Assembly: GCA_964645535.1 (NCBI GenBank)
Contig: CAZYCQ010000019.1
Coordinates: forward strand, 9,056-33,055
Length of the DNA: 24,000 nucleotides
Reading direction: 5' to 3'
Source of the DNA: an uncultured archaeon
GTDB taxonomy: Archaea; Asgardarchaeota; Heimdallarchaeia; Heimdallarchaeales; Kariarchaeaceae
The notes under the pieces are model-generated. The model saw nothing but the letters and a program-made list of their open reading frames with translations. It did not search any database and was not told where the DNA came from. Each line of letters starts with the position of its first letter. The stretch's first letter is position 1. The translations under genes and the position numbers were made by a program. This document shows positions 7,814 to 14,700 of the stretch, in pieces.

Positions 7814-8462
7814 CAAAGCAGTTGCCAAAACAAAGGAAATTTCTCAAACCTTAAGCAATTCTGTTGAACCCTCGGACATGCCGTTCTCTCTAAATGGAAC
7901 GACAAGACGGAAATGCCTGCTTTATATGGTCTCTTCCTTCGAAACACAAGATATCGACATTACTGGTAAAATTCAGTTGAATAAACTGACAAGGAATAGT
8001 TTATTGAAATCTGGATTGTATACTGAAGAATCTCTTAAGGGACTCAAATCAATCTCTGTTGAACAGATCATACATCGAAGGATGAGTGTCCTGTACCAAT
8101 CAACAAACGGCTTAACCTTAGATCAGTTCGTCAATGATGCAAAATTTCAGATATTCTTCGGCACAAAGGATCGGGAAAGGATGAGTAAATTCTTTGAAAT
8201 AATTGGTCGTACCAAACCTGATCAGATTGCCAAAATTGGGGATCTCTCTACCCTTATCAATATGAAACCAAACGAGGTCATGGCCTTCAAGCCCGCATCC
8301 TTTTCCACAAAGGAAGCTGAACTGCTGCAAGGATTCTTTGCACAATTCTTTGAAAGGGAAATCGGTCCGATGCTCTACCTTAAAGGATCCCATACATTAC
8401 CTCTTTACCGCTTTAATTTCCCAAAATACTGGATTCACATCAGAAACCGATCCCATACTTGA
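7722..8462 (+). CDS. Hypothetical protein (ORFan), first gene of a two-gene cassette
   Basis: 246-aa ORF from TTG 7722. Its 5' part overlaps the GC-rich patch, so the true start is probably an internal ATG (7803, 7878 or 7926). The stop overlaps the next ORF's TTG (cTTGA). I recognise no domain. Confidence 0.55.
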   Translation: MSPSFGRQERSQRDAPNSTPFAWCSRTMHTDKAVAKTKEISQTLSNSVEPSDMPFSLNGTTRRKCLLYMVSSFETQDIDITGKIQLNKLTRNSLLKSGLYTEESLKGLKSISVEQIIHRRMSVLYQSTNGLTLDQFVNDAKFQIFFGTKDRERMSKFFEIIGRTKPDQIAKIGDLSTLINMKPNEVMAFKPASFSTKEAELLQGFFAQFFEREIGPMLYLKGSHTLPLYRFNFPKYWIHIRNRSHT

Positions 8463-9925
8463 TTCATTCCAATTCACCTTTACCCAGCAGAATGAACAAC
8501 CTACTGAAGAGATATTCCGAAAAATTCGGTAGCACCCTTTCAACTCCAATTGAAAAAATAATTCAGACCGCCTATGGTACCGCATTGGCACAAATAATCC
8601 ATAACTGCATGAAAATCGATCCTCTTTCTTATGGAAGCGATGTGATGGTTGTTATCTTGAAAAAGCCATTCCGAACTGGTTCAACCGAGAAAATTATCAA
8701 TGGCATTTTCCTTGATATTCAACGTCCATATAGTGAAACAGGTATTTATAAGGCCAACATGTTTGATTTTTCAACAAAATGGGTCTCGAACGACATAGGG
8801 AATTCAAATGCACAAACAAACTGGCTGAAAGCGCTTGAAAATTTGGACGAAATGTTTCAGGATAATATAGGGAAACTGGCAAAAACGTACAATGAAATGG
8901 TCTATTTCTCTGACAAGAAAGCCAGAATTGGTGCATTCATAAATCCGATCTGGGATATGCTGGACGAGCCATCCAAAACTGAGGTAATGAGAATTGCGAA
9001 GGAACATGCCGATGAAGTCTCAAATCAGTTGAAAAACGGATGCCTTCCAAATCCGGACAGTTGGCCATGCAACATCGCATATACTGGTTATCATCTCTCT
9101 GTCGGAAATTGGGACAAGAAAATAAGATCTGGAAACGAGCTCCCATCCAATTTCAGATTTGAGGTCAAGGAAGAAAATGTCATGCTTTGGTACCTTGATT
9201 ATATCATGCATAATCCAAACAGGCAAGTGGATCTCAATATAGTGAACAGTCCAGAAAATGTCCAATTGGTCAAAATCTTGACGTTGAACCCCAACAGGGA
9301 TAGAACCTTCAAGCTGAGCGAAGTGATTGTCTATCACAGGCAGGACAAATATACGCAAGCAATTAAACAACTGATCTACGAAAACCAGGAAGGCATTGCA
9401 CGATTCTTGGGCATCTTGGAACAAAAGGCAAGAACTGTGAATGCGGATGCAGTCAAAATATTTGAAAGGGCATTCAGCAATTTAAAGTATTATTCAAAAC
9501 CTACTTTTTTCCCTTTTAGTGACGCAGAAGGACTGTTGCCAAAACACATGGCATCCCATGTAATCCCACCAAATGCTGTCAAAACACCTTCTGGAAATTA
9601 TGTCTTCTTTGAAGGAATAAGTGAAAACCATGCATACATCCCTTCAATCATCGACCAAGAGGAATATGACAGAATTCTTCAAATCTTGCAGATTGAGGAT
9701 GCCGCCGAAATATACAAGAACCTCAAAAGACAGCTTACAAACACCTATAATGATATTGATTCTTTCGTACAAAAAATGACACAACATACAAAGCAGAACT
9801 TTATTGACTTCATCGATGATCAGGTGGATAAGTTCATTGAAGAGTTCAACAATGTCAAAGGAGGCATTTCAACCATGCTCAAAAACATGAGAAGGTTGAT
9901 CACAAATATTATGGAAAAGTTGTAA
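8459..9925 (+). CDS. Hypothetical protein (ORFan), helical/coiled-coil-like C-terminus
   Basis: 488-aa ORF from TTG 8459; an alternative ATG lies at 8492 (MNNLLKRYSEKFG...). There is no Walker, HEPN, RT or recombinase motif that I can see. The C-terminal roughly 90 aa are heptad-like (EEYDRILQILQIEDAAEIYKNLKRQL...). Confidence 0.7.
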   Translation: MIHSNSPLPSRMNNLLKRYSEKFGSTLSTPIEKIIQTAYGTALAQIIHNCMKIDPLSYGSDVMVVILKKPFRTGSTEKIINGIFLDIQRPYSETGIYKANMFDFSTKWVSNDIGNSNAQTNWLKALENLDEMFQDNIGKLAKTYNEMVYFSDKKARIGAFINPIWDMLDEPSKTEVMRIAKEHADEVSNQLKNGCLPNPDSWPCNIAYTGYHLSVGNWDKKIRSGNELPSNFRFEVKEENVMLWYLDYIMHNPNRQVDLNIVNSPENVQLVKILTLNPNRDRTFKLSEVIVYHRQDKYTQAIKQLIYENQEGIARFLGILEQKARTVNADAVKIFERAFSNLKYYSKPTFFPFSDAEGLLPKHMASHVIPPNAVKTPSGNYVFFEGISENHAYIPSIIDQEEYDRILQILQIEDAAEIYKNLKRQLTNTYNDIDSFVQKMTQHTKQNFIDFIDDQVDKFIEEFNNVKGGISTMLKNMRRLITNIMEKL

Positions 9926-10029
9926 ATATCATATTCTGACAAAAGAGGTAATAAATTTTCAAATCACCAAGTTAATTGACAGTAAAATCTACAGATTCAA
10001 AGTTTTCAATGGACCTCTCAAAGAAAAAA

Positions 10030-10103
10030 TGATCCGGGAGGGATTCGAACCCACGATCACGTGCACCCCAAGCACGCATGTTACCAAGCTACACTACCGG
10101 ATC
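10030..10103 (-). tRNA. tRNA-Pro (anticodon GGG)
   Basis: The reverse complement folds as a cloverleaf. The acceptor stem GATCCGG/CCGGATC is a perfect 7 bp. The D-arm is GTGT-AGCTTGGTA-ACAT. The anticodon arm is CGTGC-TTGGGGT-GCACG, giving anticodon GGG with G37. The T-arm is GTGGG-TTCGAAT-CCCTC with one U-U mismatch. The discriminator is A, no CCA is encoded, and T6 follows on the minus strand (10024-10029). Confidence 0.9.
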
Positions 10104-10548
10104 TTTAGGATTCACCACATATGGTTCAATCCTGATTTTCTTTGGAAGCTTTTTCTTTTAATGTTTTTTCATGGTTACGTGTTTGATTTTGTTTTTGTGA
10201 AATGTTGAAAATTTAGGTTATTTTGTTTTGTCGTTTGTTTATGGAAATTTTGGTTGATTTGAGTTAATGTTTTGCAAATGAACTTAATTAATCCGAAAGG
10301 CATTGAAGTATTATTTTTTAATTATTTAGTTGATAAATTGATCGAGTTTTTTTTTGGTCATCTTCAATTTCCTCAGTTAAATTTGTATCAGGCAAGGGGT
10401 TGCTTGTACCAACCAATCTTAGTCCTAGGCTCAAGGTTTGATTTCTTGCATTTCCTTTTTCCCTGGTTCATTTTTTTATTGTTGGAAGCTTAAAAAAAAG
10501 GATTAGTTTGATTATAAATCGATCTCATTGGTTTGCAGATTTAGCAAA

Positions 10549-10773
10549 TTATTGAAGTTTTTGGTTATTTTCCTTTTGATATGGGATCATAAGGGGTAAT
10601 GCAGCTGACAGAAGAATGGCCATATATATGATGATTTGATACTGAAATTCCATATCTGGGATCTTCAAAAGCATAATCAAACTGATTGACACTATTATTA
10701 GGGCAATAGTATCGGCCAATATTCTTTTGTTTGACCATAATTTATTTTTGTCTGGTTTGTTATGTGTCCGCAT
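10549..10773 (-). CDS. Small membrane protein (two predicted TM helices)
   Basis: The track ORF 10549..10887 overlaps the upstream ORF. The internal ATG at 10773 lies 7 nt after the upstream TGATGA double stop and gives 74 aa (MRTHNKPDKNKLWSNKRILADTIALIIVSISLIMLL...IIIYMAILLSAALPLMI). Confidence 0.45.
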   Translation of the reverse strand: MRTHNKPDKNKLWSNKRILADTIALIIVSISLIMLLKIPDMEFQYQIIIYMAILLSAALPLMIPYQKENNQKLQ

Positions 10774-10780
10774 GTTCTCA

Positions 10781-11800
10781 TCACTCAAGTGGAACCAATT
10801 GATCATTGATATTAATCTCCATAAATTTTGGGAAAAAGAATGCTCCGAGTGCAACCTCTGATATAGCAACACCAACAAGTCCAACAAGATTTAATGAAGC
10901 AATGAACATATATGGTTTAGGCAAGACAAGAATTACATTGTATTTTCCGTAATCGATGTAAGGATAAAAATGAAAATTGGGAGCAGATCCTGCATGTAAT
11001 CCAATTGCCATAAGATGATCACTTCGAGTTAATACCCCTGCAAGTAATTGCGCCAAAAATGCAGCTAATTCCGCACGGACTGCTTTTACAAGTCCCAATA
11101 ACCCTTTAAATGCATCATGGGTGAGATCAACGACCGTGAAAGCCTTGGATTGCATATCCTTCAGAACAAGGATCTGACCATTCTCTTTAACCAATTGGAA
11201 AACACGGGATTGGTGCTTTTGACTCAGCATGAGCCATTGAAAGAAACGTTGGACAAGATTTCCGCAGGGCATATGTCTGCCGAATACCTCTTGCTTTCGA
11301 AGGGTATTGATCCAAGTGATCCGATAGCTTTCTATCGCAAATTCATGAAAGCTGAGATTCCTTTGGATTTCTGTCTGCATTCGCTTGAGTTGCATGGTCT
11401 TCCTGTCTACGTATTCAAACCGTTGAAAGTCTCGGATCCCGGTTTCCTTTTCAGGCTCTTGCATCCTCAAATCAGTCGTGTTCTTTCTGAAATTGATGCT
11501 ACGGTCACATATCCCGAGTTGCTTGCGGCTCTTGTCGACAATCTTGGCATCTCTGAAGGCACGGCAATTCTCCGCATTCATTCCCTTTTCCGGAAGGGTA
11601 TTGTGAAAGAAGCAGTTGATTGATTTCCGTAGTTGATCCTGTAATTTTGCGGTGGTGGCAGGGGCTGAAAATGTTCCGCTTTGGATGAAAAAAGTCAATG
11701 GATTGATGGGCACATCCGAAGCACTTATTAGCTTTTGTGGAGTATATTGAATTGCAGCTACTCGATATTTTTTTGGGTAGCTGCCTCCCTCCCCCCACAT
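10781..11800 (-). CDS. Hypothetical protein with a hydrophobic C-terminus, or a chimera of a real short gene (10781..11098/11011) with an antisense shadow
   Basis: 339-aa ORF from ATG 11800, with a TATA-like ctaataat about 25 nt upstream on the minus strand. The C-terminal third looks genuinely coding and membrane-like. The central 170 codons exactly mirror a plus-strand ORF and show an abrupt Lys-codon switch (see findings). Confidence 0.4.
   Translation of the reverse strand: MWGEGGSYPKKYRVAAIQYTPQKLISASDVPINPLTFFIQSGTFSAPATTAKLQDQLRKSINCFFHNTLPEKGMNAENCRAFRDAKIVDKSRKQLGICDRSINFRKNTTDLRMQEPEKETGIRDFQRFEYVDRKTMQLKRMQTEIQRNLSFHEFAIESYRITWINTLRKQEVFGRHMPCGNLVQRFFQWLMLSQKHQSRVFQLVKENGQILVLKDMQSKAFTVVDLTHDAFKGLLGLVKAVRAELAAFLAQLLAGVLTRSDHLMAIGLHAGSAPNFHFYPYIDYGKYNVILVLPKPYMFIASLNLVGLVGVAISEVALGAFFFPKFMEININDQLVPLE
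11117..11623 (+). CDS. Hypothetical protein with a C-terminal winged-helix-like segment (competes with the 339-aa minus ORF)
   Basis: 168-aa ORF. Codon usage is like the flanking housekeeping genes (CTT/TTG Leu, mixed AAA/AAG Lys, about 30% G at codon position 1 by my hand count). The C-terminal TYPELLAALVDNLGISEGTAILRIHSLFRKGIV resembles a wHTH. A T7-containing hairpin follows downstream at 11754-11784. Confidence 0.4.
   Translation: MGEINDRESLGLHILQNKDLTILFNQLENTGLVLLTQHEPLKETLDKISAGHMSAEYLLLSKGIDPSDPIAFYRKFMKAEIPLDFCLHSLELHGLPVYVFKPLKVSDPGFLFRLLHPQISRVLSEIDATVTYPELLAALVDNLGISEGTAILRIHSLFRKGIVKEAVD
11754..11784 (+). terminator. Perfect 8-bp inverted repeat with a T7 run in the loop (possible terminator of the 11117..11623 gene)
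   Basis: The arms are gcagctac (11754-11761) and gtagctgc (11777-11784). T7 lies at 11768-11774, and a second T7 run lies at 11811-11817. Confidence 0.3.
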
Positions 11801-11856
11801 GTATTTGTCATTTTTTTGTCAGATTATTAGGTCTGAAGTCCTTTTCATAGTGAATG

Positions 11857-11864
11857 TATAAATA
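11857..11864 (+). promoter_or_regulatory. TATA box upstream of the 11888 gene
   Basis: The sequence tataaata is centred about 27 nt upstream of the first possible start (TTG 11888). An in-frame TAG lies at 11882. This implies a leaderless or near-leaderless transcript. Confidence 0.45.
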
Positions 11865-11887
11865 GCGAAATTGCGGAAATCTAGGTA

Positions 11888-12349
11888 TTGACCTATTATA
11901 AGCAGCTCAAATGTGATCCGAAGGTTTCTGGAATTTCATTGCAACGGCTGATCTCCCCAAAGGAGCTGAGAGTGATTGAGGAACTTGCCATTGAGCTGAG
12001 ATTGTCTGGAGTCAATCTTTTGCTTGACAAACCTGCATTGGTGGAGTTGGCGGGAATTGATCGCATTTCCATCATTGATGATGTTATTTCGCTGATGATC
12101 TGGCGACCTGAAGACATCTACGGTCATATCATTGGCATGAAGCTTGTGGTTCCCAATGAGGATTTGGTTCCGGATCTTTTTTCGCAGCTCCGCTATTTAG
12201 AACGGCAGGTTGTCTTTCTTTCGGAGCCGGTTCGAAAGAACCTGCTGTTGAGTAGGCGTGAACTTCCTGAAACCGGTGAATACATTCTGGAAACGCACAA
12301 GATGCATTACATTCTCAAATTCCGGATCGGGAGATTGCAGGATCGTTGA
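11888..12349 (+). CDS. Hypothetical protein
   Basis: 153-aa ORF with a TTG start; the next candidate is GTG at 11972. The composition is protein-like and I recognise no motif. The stop abuts the uppS stop (convergent, 0 nt gap). Confidence 0.6.
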   Translation: MTYYKQLKCDPKVSGISLQRLISPKELRVIEELAIELRLSGVNLLLDKPALVELAGIDRISIIDDVISLMIWRPEDIYGHIIGMKLVVPNEDLVPDLFSQLRYLERQVVFLSEPVRKNLLLSRRELPETGEYILETHKMHYILKFRIGRLQDR

Positions 12350-13126
12350 TCATTTTCCGAATCTTCTGTGCCTGAGCTGATAGGATCTGATTGCCCTGAG
12401 AAAATCGATTTCCCGGAACAGTGGCCAATAGACGTCTGTGAAGTACAGTTCGGAGTAGACCCCTTGCCAAAGGAGAAATCCTGAAAGCCTTACTTCTCCT
12501 GAGGTTCTGATGATCAGGTCTGGATCCGGCAATCCTGTGGTATAGAGATGGGAGGCAATCAATTCCTCATCGATGTCATTGATGTCGAGTTTTCCTTCCT
12601 TGACATGTTTTGCGATCTTCCGGACCGCGTGGACGATTTCCTTCCTGCCGCCGTAAGCAACACAGATGTTGAGAATATAGTTATGGTAGTCCTGTGTTGC
12701 CTCTTCAGTTTTCCTGAACTCCTCTTGGAGGGTTTCTGGCAACATTCCTATCTCTCCGGAAAAGCGAACCTGAATCCCTCTTTCATGGACTCGTCTGTCT
12801 TCTCGTATCTTGATGGCATTTTCCTTGGCAAGTCGGAAGATTACTTCCTTCTCTTCATCGGATCTTTGAAAATTTTCTGTTGAAAAAATCCAGACGGAGA
12901 TGGCTTTGATGTCGAGATCCCACGCCCATTCAAGCACCTCCTCCAATTTGTTTGCCCCCATTTTGTACCCCCTTTCCTTTGAGATCCCCAATCTGTTGGC
13001 GCCCCTTCGGTTTCCATCTAGGATAAGGCCTACATGCTGGGGCATTCTTCCTGCCTTTACCTTGCGTTTCAGATTCCGTTTGTAGAGGGAGTACACAAGG
13101 TTATAGGGGGAAAATCTCTCCTTCAC
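12350..13126 (-). CDS. uppS: Undecaprenyl/di-trans,poly-cis-polyprenyl diphosphate synthase (cis-prenyltransferase)
   Basis: 258-aa ORF with a GTG start. It has the hallmark motifs PQHVGLILDGNRRGA (DGNRR), WIFSTENFQR, YGGRKEI and IRTSGEVRLSGFLLWQ. Confidence 0.9.
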   Translation of the reverse strand: MKERFSPYNLVYSLYKRNLKRKVKAGRMPQHVGLILDGNRRGANRLGISKERGYKMGANKLEEVLEWAWDLDIKAISVWIFSTENFQRSDEEKEVIFRLAKENAIKIREDRRVHERGIQVRFSGEIGMLPETLQEEFRKTEEATQDYHNYILNICVAYGGRKEIVHAVRKIAKHVKEGKLDINDIDEELIASHLYTTGLPDPDLIIRTSGEVRLSGFLLWQGVYSELYFTDVYWPLFREIDFLRAIRSYQLRHRRFGK

Positions 13127-13201
13127 TACTGCTATTGAATTTTACTCCTATAAAACAGTCATCAAACATTCCGAAAAGTTTGAAAAAACGTTGAACGTTG
13201 T

Positions 13202-13963
13202 TCAGCTGAACATGTCCTCTGAGTTCCAGATCCGTTGAAACTCCGCAAAGGCAAGGTCAATGTTCTGATGCGTTTCCGAAGAGATCACCGGAAACTCATT
13301 GAGCTGTTCATTTTCAATTACCAATTGTGCGATCCGTTTGGAGAGTTCCGCATTGAGGAGGTTTTTTTCCATTCTCAGATCCTCCATAAGAAATTCGGGA
13401 TTGTCTACCCATTCCTGCATGCGGTTCAGCCTTGCCTCTTGGAGGAGGTCGCCTTTGGAGATTGCAAATGCCATTCCTGTTTTGAGCCGGTAGCTGATGG
13501 ACACTCCAAAGAGGAGGATGGAGATGAAGCTTGAAGCCGTATTGCAGAGGATGGGGTCTATCAGGAATGCTCCTGCGACGATATTTTCATGGGCAAGGGC
13601 TGAAATAATAAGTGGTCCGCTTCCCCTGAAGGCAAACGCTTCCATCTGCCCTGGGAGATCCACCAGCACATAGTCGGCTCCAAAATTCTTCAGTTCCTCG
13701 ATGACGTCATCGATGTTCAGCGCAACTTGATCCATGGCTGCAATGATTGCCCCATTTGGACCCAATTCAAATCTGTCCACTATTTCCTCATATGATACAT
13801 AATCCCTGATGTCTATGGTTGGCGCATAGGGGAGACGAACAACGGCTGGATCCAGATTGAGGGTGATGACGTCAAGCTCGACTCTGTTCATCCAGTCATA
13901 AAGGGTGGCGGTGGCATGTGATTTTCCGGATCCCGCAGGACCGAGGAAATATCCGATGTTCAT
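13202..13963 (-). CDS. GPN-loop GTPase (archaeal ATP/GTP-binding protein, PF03029-type)
   Basis: 253-aa ORF with an ATG start. It has the P-loop GPAGSGKS, the diagnostic GPN motif in ELGPNGAII, and DLPGQME (switch II-like). Confidence 0.85.
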   Translation of the reverse strand: MNIGYFLGPAGSGKSHATATLYDWMNRVELDVITLNLDPAVVRLPYAPTIDIRDYVSYEEIVDRFELGPNGAIIAAMDQVALNIDDVIEELKNFGADYVLVDLPGQMEAFAFRGSGPLIISALAHENIVAGAFLIDPILCNTASSFISILLFGVSISYRLKTGMAFAISKGDLLQEARLNRMQEWVDNPEFLMEDLRMEKNLLNAELSKRIAQLVIENEQLNEFPVISSETHQNIDLAFAEFQRIWNSEDMFS

Positions 13964-14113
13964 ACCTCTTCTGCAATAAGGGGTTTAATAAGCTTCAAGG
14001 TGAGGTCTTAAATGAAACAATCGCCAAAGGGTTTCCAATATATTTTTATTAAAGGATGACTAAATACCATTAGAAGCAGTTTCTGTTGGAAATGAATTAC
14101 TGGGGATCTGACC

Positions 14114-14500
14114 ATGTTCGACTTCTCATTCGATGACAAAGCAAAAGATTTGGACGAAATCCTTCGAGAGATAGATGTAAACGTCAAGGAAATTGAGGCC
14201 GCAGCAATTGTGTCCATAGAAGGGCTTCCAATTGCCGCTCGTATGCCTCCTGAATACGAAGATGCAATCGTTGCCGCCATGACGGCAGCCATGCTGTCCT
14301 TGGGTGAAAAGATCAGCAACAATCTTAACCGAGGCGTGTTGCAGAAGATTTTTGTTGAGGGGAAGGATGGTCACGTCATTTCAGTTGCTGCTGGATCAAA
14401 TGCCGTGTTGACAGTATCGACCAATAAAGACGCAAAGCTTGGTCTGATCTTTCATGAAATGGAAATTGCAGCTAAAAAGATCGCGGAAATCCTTGGATGA
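14114..14500 (+). CDS. Roadblock/LC7 (MglB-like) domain protein
   Basis: 128-aa ORF. It has the pattern IEAAAIVSIEGLPIAARMP ... AAMTAAMLSLGEKI ... ILVEG-like core (IFVEGKDGHVISVAAG), typical of Roadblock/LC7. It is divergent from the GPN GTPase gene. Confidence 0.8.
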   Translation: MFDFSFDDKAKDLDEILREIDVNVKEIEAAAIVSIEGLPIAARMPPEYEDAIVAAMTAAMLSLGEKISNNLNRGVLQKIFVEGKDGHVISVAAGSNAVLTVSTNKDAKLGLIFHEMEIAAKKIAEILG

Positions 14501-14506
14501 CCTGAA

Positions 14507-14516
14507 TTTTTTTTTT
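14507..14516 (+). terminator. Oligo-T (T10) archaeal terminator after the Roadblock gene
   Basis: Ten consecutive T residues begin 7 nt after the TGA at 14498-14500. Confidence 0.5.
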
Positions 14517-14523
14517 GATTCAG

Positions 14524-14538
14524 TTGGATAATTTCCAA
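14524..14538. promoter_or_regulatory. Palindromic operator-like site, copy 1 (TTGGATA-A-TTTCCAA)
   Basis: This 15-nt near-palindrome has one arm mismatch. It has the same sequence family as the perfect palindrome at 14686-14700. Confidence 0.35.
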
Positions 14539-14685
14539 AGCCACCGTATTGATTCAATTCCATTAATCTCTATTTTCAGCTTTTCTATTTCCATTATCCT
14601 GTTAATTCCGGTCTGAAGTCGGAAAATGACCGTGTCCGTTCATTCCTTCTTTTATAAGGAATGTTTCCGCTTTATTTGAATTAAA

Positions 14686-14700
14686 TTGGAAAATTTCCAA
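14686..14700. promoter_or_regulatory. Palindromic operator-like site, copy 2 (TTGGAAA-A-TTTCCAA), at the predicted TSS of the glutamate synthase operon
   Basis: This is a perfect palindrome with 7-bp arms. It lies directly downstream of the TATA-like elements tttataag (14651-14658) and tttatttgaattaaa (14671-14685). Confidence 0.45.

Larger units (their letters stand above)
5925..11116. other. AT-rich accessory region (putative decayed genomic island) surrounding tRNA-Pro
   Basis: There is a visible drop in GC and a codon-usage shift relative to both flanks. All ORFs inside lack housekeeping signatures, and a tRNA gene lies inside. I found no integrase or att repeat. The boundaries are approximate. 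Confidence 0.4.

Noticed and set aside
10143-10491. A direct 9-mer repeat tggaagctt (10143-10151 and 10483-10491) brackets most of the spacer and could be a target-site duplication or att core.
   Set aside because: At 9 nt it is too short to be significant within an AT-biased 450-bp region. It contains the palindrome AAGCTT, and the flanks share no further identity.
10272-10493. A 73-aa plus-strand ORF lies in the spacer upstream of the tRNA.
   Set aside because: It is a Phe/Leu-dominated translation of a T-rich low-complexity region. It has no plausible promoter spacing and no protein-like pattern.
10104-10548. I considered whether the AT-rich, skewed spacer is a chromosomal replication origin.
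   Set aside because: I could find no ORB or mini-ORB-like inverted repeats, and no orc1/cdc6 gene is nearby in the window.
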